A DNA stretch of 64,000 bases from Blastocladiella emersonii ATCC 22665. Its lineage: Eukaryota > Fungi > Blastocladiomycota. The notes beneath the pieces are model-generated. The model was given only the letters and a program-made list of their open reading frames with translations, ran no database searches and had not been told where the DNA came from. Position numbers and translations under genes: made by a program. Below, one piece after another: positions 13,001-23,894 of the stretch; positions within the stretch are counted from its first letter, which is position 1, and every line of letters begins with the position of its first letter. Location: the NCBI GenBank assembly GCA_025594325.1, contig JANHCV010000012.1, positions 620,001 to 684,000 on the forward strand. Reading direction: 5' to 3'.

Positions 13001-13254
13001 TCGTGGTGGAGAAACAAGTCCCGCGGCGGTAGATGGCGAAACGGGCGAAAGCGTTCGACACGGTCCCCTCGATACAACGTCCGGCAAACCAGAGTGATGG
13101 GCATCGAGTTGGCGGGTCGTTCAACGACTTTCAAGCCGGTAAGCACAGGCGAGCGCGCAACCTTGCTCGCCTCGTCACGCCTAGTCATAGCAGCAAGAGT
13201 CGTGGCTTCATTGCCGCCAGTTGCGGGTTTATTCATTTTCTTTTTCGCCTTCAT
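10040..13254 (-). CDS. DUF4470-like domain protein copy 2, intact, about 1050 aa (intron 11617-11678)
   Basis: ATG at 13254 (MKAKKK). Motifs CGCGDL, DWQPEVLARNLLIL and FDVVDTNNLMDSCGLL. A phase-1 GTACGG...TATAG intron joins the two long ORFs with exon lengths 1576+1577 nt. Confidence 0.8.
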
Positions 13255-13383
13255 AGTTGCCAGTTGAGGAGCGTGAGAACCGGCGCGACGCGTTCGAGAT
13301 CTCGATCCGGCGCCGAACAGCTGCGGTCGCGTGACCTGTGGCGCAACGCGTCGCGATCGATCACTGTGCCCCAGCACAAAAGT

Positions 13384-13443
13384 TTGGTTTGCGATCAGGG
13401 GCTAAAGCCCGCGCCACGCTGATTCGATTGCACTGTAGGTGCT
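13384..13443 (-). mobile_element. Relic terminus related to the right end of the 54.6-58.7 kb Pif1 element
   Basis: TTTGGTTTgcgATCagGGGCTAAAGCCCgCGCCACG...AGGTGCTG matches the reverse complement of 58613-58674 (TTTGGTTTtcaATCgaGGGCTAAAGCCCcCGCCACG...AGGTGCTG). Confidence 0.65.
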
Positions 13444-13639
13444 GACTCGAGCCACGACGCAATAATCATCAAAGCCCATTCAGACGACGACACCGTCTCA
13501 GTTCAAGCCGCTAGCGCCCCTCGGAACTCACACTGACAACTTAGCCTGGTGCTGTTGGGCGAGTTGTGGGGGACCGCTAGGGTTGGCGACCGCTCATTTT
13601 CCGGGCAAGGCACACTGAAATGCTCTGGTAAGCGAGAGT

Positions 13640-14591
13640 TCATGACGATAACTCAGGATGCAGAGGAGTAGCATTGGAACGGGCCAGGAAGAAGCTGGGA
13701 TGATCCAGCAACCTGTTGTGTGCCAAGCAAGTCGGTGGCGCGCGGACCATGCTCATCTGTATGGCGAAAGAGAGCTGATCCATGATGTTCCATGATCGTG
13801 ACGGCGTGGACGTGAAACAAAGTATGACGAACGCGTTGGTTGGTGCAGCGCAAGCAGCAAGCGAGACCCGGCTGCAAATTTCCGACACCATGAACGACAC
13901 TTGAGGCCGGTAACTAAGGACAAAATCAAATGCCTTTGAAGGAAGCGCAAGAGGATCGGCGGATCGACGGCATGGTACAAAACGCTTTCGTTCGAGATGC
14001 ATAAGAGTGTTGGATTGGCGACAGCATTGGGCTCTTGGACAAACGCCCCCGTCGAGAGGAAGCGAGCGCGGTTTCACGGTCCCCTGAGTTGAAGCACGCC
14101 GGGGCACTCCAGAGTACTGCCCGTCGATCTGCTCCATGAACTTTGTCGCGCAAGTCGAGAAGTGGGCATAGGGTGCTGTAGGTAGCAGGAACGTCATGGC
14201 GGATCCGTTTTGTCCACTCTCACATCATAGCATAGGGGGTAGCTCCAAGCTCACAAAAATCTTCATGTAAGCTTCGCACCTCTACAGAAGGGTTTTGACG
14301 GACCCAGTCAACGTCGAGCCAGGCGCGCCAGCAGCGGCAGAGTTCGCGAAGCAGCGTTTTGTTCCGGGCAGAAAGCGGCGAGGTCGCTCAAGTTCTGGGC
14401 CAAATCCTTGTCATGAAATGCGCGCAGCTGACCGTTTCAAAATTCGCGTACACTCGAATCAAGCAAATTCGAGTACAAGAGCTGGCCGACGCAACAAGCA
14501 AGCGTGCGAATCGGGCTTGTTTCACGGGGTTCGGGAGATGGCGTGGAGTATGAGCAAGTTGCGAGCAAGAAATTTGGGCTGCCAGTTGTTG

Positions 14592-14625
<34 letters not shown>

Positions 14626-14890
14626 TACTTCGCGGTGGCCCCCCTTGACCGCAGCTTCGCACACTGCGCGCGCGACTTCGGCCAGGTCGCCGCAGCCGCA
14701 CACAAATGCGTCCAACTCGACGCTCGTTTGAGAGTAACGTTTCGTGCAGAGGCAACTGTCGGAACGGGAAGAGGGCCTGAAGCGGTCGCTTGTGATTGGT
14801 GCGCGACATGCCAAGAGCGGCGGGAGCGAGGCCGGGGCTGTCGCGTCGAGGGGAGAGCGAACAGTTTGAGCTGTGCGTGCGATGCGCATC
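13640..14890 (-). pseudogene. DUF4470-like protein copy 3, heavily degraded
   Basis: Fragments FVCGCGDLAEVARAVCE, WQPKFLARNLL, YHAVD, LPSKAFDF and HAVTIMEH/HGSALFRH occur in different frames. It abuts the left inverted-repeat arm. Confidence 0.75.
14595..14622 (+). repeat. A28 homopolymer inside DUF4470 copy 3
   Basis: 28 consecutive A where copy 2 has ACAAAT-like sequence after GTTGAGC. Confidence 0.9.
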
Positions 14891-15061
14891 GATAGTTTAA
14901 GAAGCAGGGCTGTATTTTGTTTGAACATCCACTCCTCCTCACACTCCTCTGCTAAGTCGTCGCGGGTCGGTACACTCGAGTTGCACACACACTAACAATC
15001 ACACAAGAACACACTCAAAACGGCAATCACACTCTTAGAAGTCGGCCACGAAGCCACGTAA

Positions 15062-15484
15062 TTACTGGCGGACCCAGGTCTTGGACTTGGTGGGGATCGG
15101 GGCCACGTCCGACTGGGCGCCCGAGGCGCTGACGAGCTTGCACCCGCCGAGCACCGACACGTTCATGTCCTTGGACTTGGACGGGCACGACCAGGTCTGC
15201 GAGATGGTCCACGACGGGTTCATCCAGTAGCTGACTGTCAGGCCGTCGGTCTTGGGGTCGTACGACCACTCGCCGTGGCCGCGAACGGCGACGCACGGCA
15301 TGGGGTTGCAGGGCAGGGTCGACATGACGGTGAGCTTGCCGGTGGCCTCGAACGTGGCCTTGTGCGTGTTGGTCACCTGGTACGTGGCCGGGACGGGGAA
15401 CGGCGCGTCGAAGATCGGGGGCGGGATGGCCGAGACCATGGCGACAAGGGCCAGGACGAGGACAACGAGAGCGGCGGCGTTCAT
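15062..15484 (-). CDS. Small secreted protein, 140 aa (copy 1)
   Basis: Signal peptide MNAAALVVLVLALVAMVSA, four Cys, strong C/G-ending codon bias, and a TATAAA box at 15570-15575 (minus strand). Confidence 0.85.
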   Translation of the reverse strand: MNAAALVVLVLALVAMVSAIPPPIFDAPFPVPATYQVTNTHKATFEATGKLTVMSTLPCNPMPCVAVRGHGEWSYDPKTDGLTVSYWMNPSWTISQTWSCPSKSKDMNVSVLGGCKLVSASGAQSDVAPIPTKSKTWVRQ

Positions 15485-15569
15485 GGTTGGTGGAATAAGA
15501 GCTTGGGTGTCGGGCGGAAGGCTGACTGGTGAGGATTATCTGGATGGAGGGCGGGGGAGCCGGCCGGTC

Positions 15570-15575
15570 TTTATA
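15570..15575 (-). promoter_or_regulatory. TATA box of secreted-protein copy 1 (mirror copy at 28493-28498, +)
   Basis: CTATAAAGA lies about 85-90 nt upstream of the ATG, in otherwise GC-rich DNA. Confidence 0.65.
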
Positions 15576-16316
15576 GTCTCGCGCTCCCGCCCACCTCGAG
15601 TTGGCTTCGGTTGCGCTTGAACGTGTTCGGCGCGTCGCGGCGGCAAAGGCTGGCATGATCAATGCGACGCAAGCCCGAGCAAGCAACTGTGAGCCGCAGC
15701 GGCTGCATCAAACGGTCTCGATTTGGCGACGTTGGGACTGCTCCTCGCGACGCGAATTAAGTCAACCTGGAGTTCACTGGATCCGGTGCCCGGGAGCGAG
15801 CGGTGGCGCAGCACGCGCGCACGCGCTCGAGTTTCAGACCAAGTCCTCGCCGGGCACTTTCCTGCGTGCTCCACGCCCAACTCTGAACAAATTTGGGAAG
15901 CCAATATGCAGCTTGAGTTTGAGCCGTGTGGTGGACCTTTCGGGGCGGCTCAAATGGGAAATCGAGACGTTGAATGCCATAGAGCAAGAACGATTGCATT
16001 TCGTGGGTCGGGTTCTCGCTTGCGGGTGAGCTGATGGGACGGAACTGGCAGGTGGCAAGTGGCGCAGTCGAATGCACTTGCAGTTAATTATCGCGTGGCG
16101 GGCCTCCGGAAAAGCTCAACTGGGTGATCGCTCGTGACGCGCTTCGCCGCGCTACTTTGAGGAACGCTCATGAGCTTTGATACGGCCGACCCGAGCGGAT
16201 GACCGCCATGGATTTTGTCTCGAGCAAGAAACCTGGACGACAACGTATGCCGTTTCCAATGCAGGGGCGGGGATAGACGGTGTGTGACGGCCACGTCGGT
16301 CGCAAGGTAAAAATCG

Positions 16317-17620
16317 TGGCCGAGAGAACGGGTAGTGTCTGTAACGTGGTCAGAGCTGCCGCGAGGTAGACGTTCTTTGAGTGTGGATGGGTGCAAAGTT
16401 CAATACACCCTCCACCGGTTGCCTAAGCCCCGGATGATAACTGCGACGACGACATCACGACAATTTAGCGGACATCCTTTTGCCACTTTCGCCGGCTCGT
16501 GCATTGCGTTGCACCGACTGGTCCGACTCCGCCGGCAGTTTTTGTGAGGGTTTGACGATAACAATCTCCAGCAAAACGCGTCGCCAACGGAGGTGCGAGG
16601 CGTGGGTGCGAGACACGGATGCGAGACGCGTTCTGAAATCAGCTGATCGCGGACACTGGCCAATCTACGTTCGCGCCCACTCTGCTGATCGCAACCCGCG
16701 ACGAGACCACGCGTGATGCACAAACACACTCACCAACGAAATGCGGACGTAATCCGCCGCGGACGTTAGCGCTCTTTAACCCATGCAGCTGACTCGGGAA
16801 TCAAGTGGACCAGTCACCACCAGCGCCGTGTTCCATCCCACGGTGCTTCTCATCAACTGGTCGTGTGTGCCACGTCGCTCGCCCGGTCCAACGGGATGCG
16901 TAACGTCATCGTGGTCGCGGCCAGAAACGGGACCTCGCGCGGGGTGTGTCTCGTGCGCTGCCGTACGAGCTGTTCAAAATTTTAAAAGCAACCGAAATAA
17001 CCCGATGACCACCTTGGACGTTGTCTCGAGCCACGACGCATTAATCATCGAGGGCAACTTGGACGACGTCGGGCCAGTCTAGACCGGGAGCACGCCCCGC
17101 AACCCGGCACTCAGTGATGGCAGCCAACTGCAGAGTCGTCAAGTGGTGGCGACGCGACCTGAATGCGACCGCCCGAGCTCGTGCACTCAGCTTCAGGAAG
17201 CCTGGACGACAAAGCAAGACGTGGGATTAGTGGGAGGGGAGGGAAACAGCGTACTACGGCAACGCCGGCCGTGAGGCCATGGGCGTGGCCGAGAGCATGG
17301 AGGGTGTCTGCAACGTGGTCCGAGCTGCTCGAGTGGTAAGCCAACCTTGTGCGTGTAAGGGGTCGAAGTCCAGTGTTCGACACTCCCACCGGTTAGACTA
17401 CGCCCTGGGCTGGCGCCGACGATTACACGACAGCGCAGCAGACACCTTTTGCCACTCTTGCTGGATCGCGAATTTCGTTGCACCGATTGTTACATTTTCT
17501 CAGGCGCCTTTTCTGGAGAGTTTGCGAGTACTTATTCCAGCGAAACGCGTCGTTGACGTGGGCGCGTGGGTGCGAGACACGGGTGCGAGACGCGTCGCGA
17601 AATCACCTGATCGCGGACGC
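16317..17620 (+). repeat. Two diverged direct copies of a unit of about 340 bp (16317-16655 and 17285-17619); mirrored in the right arm
   Basis: Shared blocks GTGGCCGAGAG, GTGTCTG(T/C)AACGTGGTC, CACCGGTT, TTTTGCCACT and GCGTGGGTGCGAGACACGG(A/G)TGCGAGACGCGT...TGATCGCGGAC recur with a period of about 965 bp. Confidence 0.75.
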
Positions 17621-17873
17621 CGCGCGGCTGGCGCGACGCGTCGACGAAGCACGCCGCCCGCAGCGACTGCTGCCTCTTCGAGCCGTCCATCAACCCCCTT
17701 GACGCGGGCATGCAACCTGGCGCATTCGACCTCGACCGACATCATCCATGCCCTCCTGCAGTTCCGGCGTCCTCGTCAACGTTCTCGTGCGGACTGGCGG
17801 GACTCTGGCGGCCGCGGCAGGCCCGTCGTCTGCGACCCCAGCTCGTGGGTCTTCCACAGTGCTTCTCCCGTGG

Positions 17874-18575
17874 ATGCCCGACGCGACGCACTACGCGGCT
17901 CAAGGCCCGCTTTCCGGCCTGCACACATACCCGAATCTCGCCCTCCTCGTGAGCCTGCCGCCGCCGTCGCCGTCGGACGACGCATCGCAGATCCTGCTTG
18001 AGCTGTGCAATCAGTCGCACAAGATATTCTACGTCGTGCTCCGCGGGCAGCAGCAGGAGGACGCGCCGTCACTGGTCCTCGCCGAGTTCATCTTCAACCC
18101 GCTCATCAACGGCAAGCTTGTCGAGCTCGGCGCCCTCGCGTGCGCGCGCGCCGACTTCCCGCTCCGGCTCGAGTGGCGGCACGCCCACCTGCTGTCGGAC
18201 GTGGGCGGCGGCGGCGCTCATGTCATCGACGACGAGGACCCGGCCGGGTTCTGCGAGATCGGGCTGCGCGACGAGGTGTCGGACGCCATCTGGCTCCGCG
18301 AGTTCTACGGCTTGCAGTCCCGCGCGCTGCTCCCGACCGCCGCCGCCGCCACCGCCACCGCCACCGCTATGTCGGGCCCGGAGATGGCCACCGCGTCCTC
18401 GCCCAAGCTGCGGCACAAGTTCAAGGGGCTCATCTTCACCCAAAACTATGGGAACCGGGCGAGACCCGTCGTCGCGAAGCCGCACGAGCCGGCCCGGCGG
18501 CAGCCGGACAAGAAGGAGCGCAAGCTCATGATGGCCGCTCTCGGCACGGCCGCCGCGACGAGTCCTGCAGTGTAA
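17874..18575 (+). CDS. Hypothetical protein (spacer orphan; paralog at 25927-26360)
   Basis: Coding-like codons. FPLRLEWRHAHLLSDVGGGGAHVIDDEDP...LREFYGLQ is conserved with the inverted paralog. The start could be 17748. Confidence 0.7.
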   Translation: MPDATHYAAQGPLSGLHTYPNLALLVSLPPPSPSDDASQILLELCNQSHKIFYVVLRGQQQEDAPSLVLAEFIFNPLINGKLVELGALACARADFPLRLEWRHAHLLSDVGGGGAHVIDDEDPAGFCEIGLRDEVSDAIWLREFYGLQSRALLPTAAAATATATAMSGPEMATASSPKLRHKFKGLIFTQNYGNRARPVVAKPHEPARRQPDKKERKLMMAALGTAAATSPAV

Positions 18576-19930
18576 CAGTCGCGGTGGCCGGGGCGGTTGG
18601 TTCGGCAGCTTGCGCGGCTGCAGCGTTGTATGAAAGATGATCGCCCGTTGAGAGAGCGCGCGCGCAATACATCCATCAGTCTACCCGAGCCCCAGTTCCT
18701 GCCCGCGAGGCCGCGACCGGTCGGTCGCCGTGGCCAGTTTCTCTGCGGCACGCGTTCGGGGAAAATGTCAGCGGACTTATCTCTGCGAGTCGCTCGTCGC
18801 GCCCTTCCCCTCTCTCTCCCCCTGCTCATCTTCGAACGGCCGAACTTGACTGCAATGAACACTCGCAATGAGCACGCTTACCAGGAGAAGCACGAGGGAC
18901 TGGACTGCGCCGACCGCAGCAAACCACGCTCGCTCTCGCTCGGGCCGTCGCGCCGTGCCCCTCTCATCACGACGCCGCCGGGGCCCCGCTGCTCGTCCCG
19001 CCGGGCCGTCGCACCGCCGCACGGATGCGCCTGTGCCGCTCCGCTCCGTGAAGTGTTGCTGTTGCCGCCGCCATGCGCTGTCAGGCAGAAACTCGTCCGC
19101 GCGCCTCCCTGAGCCTCACACTCGTTCGCTCGCCTTGCGGGACGTACGAATCCCCCCTCACCAAGCGCTGGACGGTCCGCGCGCGGCGCGCAACGGAGAA
19201 GAAGACTCGCCGTGCGCGCGTCGATTCGCAAGGGCGACGGACCGGTCGCGCTGTCCATCTCGTAATTGCCTTCCTCGTCAACGTCCCGGTCCTCGACGTG
19301 GAGCGGACGCCGGGGATCTCGCACACCACGGTCACGGCCATGTCAACGCTGCGGCCATCCTGGTACAGCAAGGCGCGGACAGGAGGCGTCGGTCCGCTGA
19401 GGCTCGGCGCGTCGACAGTAGTCCCGCACTCGATACCGGACCGCGTCCCTTCTGCTCGGGCAGGGGAGCTGGCTCGGGCGCGACGAGCCGAAGCAGCCGC
19501 GGCGACGGCGGTGCTCGTCGGTCGGGCGGATCGCCGCGACCATGTGTGGTTCCCGCCACTCAACGCGCGGAACAGCGCGCCTAGTACACGAAATACATCC
19601 CCCCTCGGCTGTGATACCGCCTCAGATACGCGCAAGTGGATGGGTCTTCTCGCTCTTGCCGCCCTCGCTCGCCACCGCCCGAGCAGAACAGTAAGGTCGC
19701 CGCCGACCTTGGTCGCCGCTGCCGCGCCACCAGTGCCACTCTCTCCGCCCACTTGCGACCCACGGAACCATGAAGCCCGCTGCCTCCAGCACTCTCTGCA
19801 ACACGATCGGCGCCACGCATGCACTGCACACCCCCGCCCAGAACGCGAGCGTGCACCGTCTCCGTGGTCGCGGCGGCTGACGTCGGCCAGCGCGGAAGGG
19901 ACGGCCGCCCCGCCCTCTTTTCGCCGCCTT

Positions 19931-19960
19931 GACTTGACTTGACTTGACTCGACTCGACTC
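19931..19960 (+). repeat. (GACTT)3(GACTC)3 pentamer microsatellite
   Basis: Read directly from the sequence. Confidence 0.85.
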
Positions 19961-20528
19961 GGAGAAACGCTCGAGCGGTGCGTCCGTGTCCCCTGCTGCT
20001 CGCGGCGCCCGCGGCCACCGTGATGTCCACGCGCGGGAGGGACCGGCCTGACCCTTTGCGGAGTTTGATAGACCTCTCCATGGCCGCTCGTGCGCACCGG
20101 TCCGATCCCGATGCCGCTCCACACCGACACGCGGTTCGCCCCGCGAGCCCGGCCTGGGTGCTCGCCCGCGCGCTGCCGCGACCGCGGCCAGGCGGGGCAT
20201 GCGCAGTAGCTTCAGCCACTGTTCCCATCGTCGATTGTCAAATAGTTCAATGGTTCTCTCCTCGTCGCCCCGCAAACCGCCCGTTGTGCACGATCCGAGT
20301 CAAGATCGCGGGCTTCAGACGAACGCGCGGTTCAGATCACGCGCGCGCGGGTGACGCGTTGCGCCGCGGCTTTTGAACGCGTCGGTCGGCGCGGCCCATC
20401 TCGCCCCGATCCGTCCTCTCTCCCCTCCCCCTCCACCACGGACCCCCACCTCACCGCTCCACCTCAAGCGGCAGCAGCTCCGGCAGCTGCGCGCACACAC
20501 ACGCCCAAACAACACAGCCCCCGCTGTC

Positions 20529-21949
20529 ATGGATCCGGTACGCCCGCGCGCGCCGTCCGAGCGCGGTGATGTGCTGCGTGATAACCGACACTGATGATGC
20601 GCGCACGCCGCGCGTGTGTAGCCGGCGCCCGCGCACGACCCGCGCGCGCACCCGGTAGCGCCCGTGGGGCCGCTGGCCGACCCCGCCGCGGACCCGACGG
20701 CGGCGAGCGGCGCCCTCGCTCCCGCGCCCGCCGAGCCCTTTTCGGCCCCCGCATCCGCCGACGACTGCGTGCGCACACACGCCAACGCAACACATCCCGC
20801 CGCCCTCGATCCGGTACGCCCGCCCCGCCTGCGCCGCCCGCCCGCGCGGTGTGATGTGTCGCGTGATGATCGACACTGATGGCCCACAAACACATCGTGT
20901 GTGTGTAGACGACGCCCGCGCAGCACGCGTACCCGCATTCGGCGATCATGGAGACGGCCGCCGATCCCGCGGCGGTTCCCGCGCGGCACGATGCCCTCGC
21001 GCGCGCGTCGGCCGAGCCGTTCATGGTTCCGGCGACTACGCCCGAACCTGCCGTGATCGCGGCGATGCCGCCCATCACGCCCGCGCTCGGCGAGGACCCG
21101 GTCTCCGCGGTCGCACACGTATCCGCGCCGACGGCCGCGCAGAACGCGCCCGCGCACCCGGCGGCGTTCATCGAGACGGCGGCAGAGCTCCCCGCGCTCC
21201 CCGCAACCGCGCCGGCGCCCGCGTTCATCGTTGACCCGGTCCCGGCGGTGCGGCAGCTGCTCGTGCCCGGCCGCTACCCGAGGTCGTCGGTCATCAACGA
21301 CCTCCTGATAACGGCGCTCGTCCTGCTGCGCGTATCGCCGATTGCCGACCTGCCCGCGCCGACGGCGTACTACCTCGCGGACGCGTACAGGTTGGCCATG
21401 GTGTTTGTCCGCACGGGCCACCCGGCCGACTTTGACGAGACGCAGCGCGCCATCGACAACCTGCGCGACCACGTCCGCAACGACACGACCGCGTCGCTGC
21501 CCGTGGATGGCCTGTTCCACGGATGCCAGCTGCTCGCGCTCGCGGTCCTCGGGTACCTGATCGCCACGGCCGAGAAGGACGGCGCAGACGACGACCAGGA
21601 CGACAACGAGGAGGCCGAGCGGGAGGCCGCCGCCCTCGTCCGCGCTGCGGTCGCCGCGGCCGTTGCCGCGCTCGCCCAGGAGGAGGGCGCCGCCTCGGTC
21701 GACGACGCCGTGATCGCCCTGCGCGAGGCGCTCGCCATGGCCGACGTGCGCGTGGGGCTGGGCGAGGCCGACGTGCTCCAGCTCGCGGCCGCGGGCAAGC
21801 GGCGCGCCTGCGCCGAGGTGATGCGCATCCAGCAGCAGCTCTCGACGCCGCCCGGCGACTGCACGGAAGCGGATCGTGAGGAGCTCATCGCGATGCTCGA
21901 CGCGATCCACGCCGTCCACAACGACCCGACGCGCGGTGCCGCCAAGCAG

Positions 21950-21989
<40 letters not shown>

Positions 21990-22807
21990 GGGACGCGCGG
22001 GACGGGCGGCGGCCGCCGCTGCTCCACCTGTGGAAGGGCAAGGGCAAGGTGACGCAGCAGCCGCCGGCGCCGTCGCAGCAGCCGAAGCCGAAGCGCGCTG
22101 CGCAGAAGCAGCAGCGGCGGCGCGAGAAGCAGCTCGGCAAGTCCCCGGCGGCGGCGGCGGTCGCGGCCGAGATCACGGGCATCGTCAAGACGGCCGACGT
22201 GCCCCCGCGGCCGGGCAAGTCCAAGGAGGCCAAGGAGGCCAAGGAGGCCCTCAAGGCGGCCAAAAAGGCCGAGAAGAAGGCCGAGAAGAAGGCCGAGAAG
22301 AAGGCCGCCAAGCTGGCCGCCAGGCTGGCCATGCGGCTCGACCCGGCCAACGCGGTGGCGACGTCGGTCTCGCTGGTGCACGCCGTCTACCTGTTCGAGC
22401 TCGGGCACACGAACCTGCAGCTGCACGCGGCGGGCGTCAAGCAGGCGGCCGAGTACTCGGCGATGCAGAAGCTGTACGGGTGCATCGCGCGCCCCGACGA
22501 GCTCATGCGGCGTGCGGCGGCGCGCGCAGCTGCCGCGGCGGCCGGCACGCCCGAGCCCAAGCCCGACCCGGAGCAGCAGTTCTGCGAGGCGCTCCGGCAC
22601 GGCTACGACGTCGACGGGGCCGCCGTGGCGCGGCTGCTGGGCCCCGCGGGCGGCATCGCCATGCTCGGGCGCCGCGTGGTCCACTCGCTGGGCGTGCTGC
22701 TCGAGCTGTACCGCGGCGAGCTGTTCCGCGAGCCCGACGTGGTGCCGGCGGTGCACGAGGAGAACGAGGAGAACGAGGAGGAGGACGCGGCCGCGGAGCA
22801 ACAGCAA

Positions 22808-22842
<35 letters not shown>

Positions 22843-23643
22843 GGAGGGCGAGGCGGTGGAAGAGGTGGAGGTGGAGGTGGAGCGGGCCCCGATCACACTG
22901 GTCTGGGACGGCGACAATCTCGGCGCCACAGCAGGCCAGCTCGACTTTATCGAGCAGCTCGGGACGGTCGACGTCGACATTTTCGGCAACGGCGAGGGCA
23001 AGCTGCGGGTACGTTTTCGGCTGGTGCCGGCCGATCGAGTTCTCGCTCACTGACTTCCCCGTGCGCTGTCTAGTGGAGGAAGGTGCTCAAGAAGCCGCGG
23101 CGCGGCGTCGAGTGGCACCGGTGTCATGACGTGCTGAAAGAAGCCGCCGACCACGACGCGCTCAAGTTCATTTACGACGACCGCGAGGCGCTGTGCGCGC
23201 AGCCCCGCCCGCGCGTCGCCGTGCTCGTGTCCGCCGACAACTCGTTCGAGGTGATCGAGAACGAGGCGTACGAGCGGTTCGGGCTCGCCGGCATCGACAT
23301 GGCCGCGGACGGGAGCGGGTGCTGGATCCTGCACGTCCGCACGCCGGTCGGGGCGATCCTCGCGGTGACGTGGGCCGCCATGTGCGTGACGGGCAGCGGC
23401 GGGCCGGTGGACCAGGTCGACGCCCTGCTCGCGTACCAGCCCGCGCCCGACGAGGACGAGGAGAGCGAGAACGACGAGGACGACGAGGACGGAGGGTCCG
23501 AGGACGCCATGGCCGTGGACTCGAGCGATTTCGATTTCGATTTCGAATACGACGAGGACAGGGAGTCCGGCGCGGGCGCCGCCGTCGACGACGCTGACGA
23601 TGCCGCATCCTCGGGGCCGCAGCTCGCGCAGACGACCGAGTAG
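20529..23643 (+). CDS. Large Ala/Pro-rich, poly-Gln hypothetical protein (introns 20538-20621, 20814-20908, 23009-23073)
   Basis: Three GTACG...CACTGA(T/C)...TAG introns are all phase 0 and join exons in frame with ORFs 20948 and 23083. Poly-Q tracts near 21950 and 22800, KKAE repeats and an acidic C-terminus. Confidence 0.7.
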
Positions 23644-23894
23644 GCGGTTTGGACGTGAAGATGAATGGATCCGTGTGCGTTTGTCAAGGTGTTGCTTCTT
23701 CGACTGATGCGGCGAAGCGAGGCGAGGGAGGCGAGGGGAAAGTCGAGGATCGGCGCGGTCAGCTGATATGAGCACACGCGACCGGCCGCGTTCCCACGGC
23801 GCGTCGGCCGGCCGCGGCGGGCCCGTCCTCCCTCGGCCAAAGATTGCCTCGCCCGAGAGCTACAATGTGCTGCCGATCAACTATCCGCACTACC

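Larger units (their letters stand above)
14899..17621. repeat. Left arm (2,723 bp) of a large inverted repeat
   Basis: Every ORF in this interval has a mirror ORF with identical translation, and paired coordinates sum to 44068. Both junctions were read by eye. Confidence 0.95.

Noticed and set aside
14595-14622. Retrotransposon poly(A) tail
   Set aside because: No upstream element body and no TSD. It aligns to an A-rich stretch of the paralog.
19081-20275. A bona fide minus-strand gene in the spacer
   Set aside because: There is a plausible 49-nt intron, but every spliced frame is Arg-rich and off-frame-looking or stops early. It is retained only as a possible remnant in the EWxxxH finding.
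20315-23050. Long antisense ORFs (also 30040-31104+, 37791-39902-, 51881-53398-, 62447-63958-)
   Set aside because: These are shadow frames of GC3-rich genes on the opposite strand. They are Arg/Gly/Val-rich and have no motifs.
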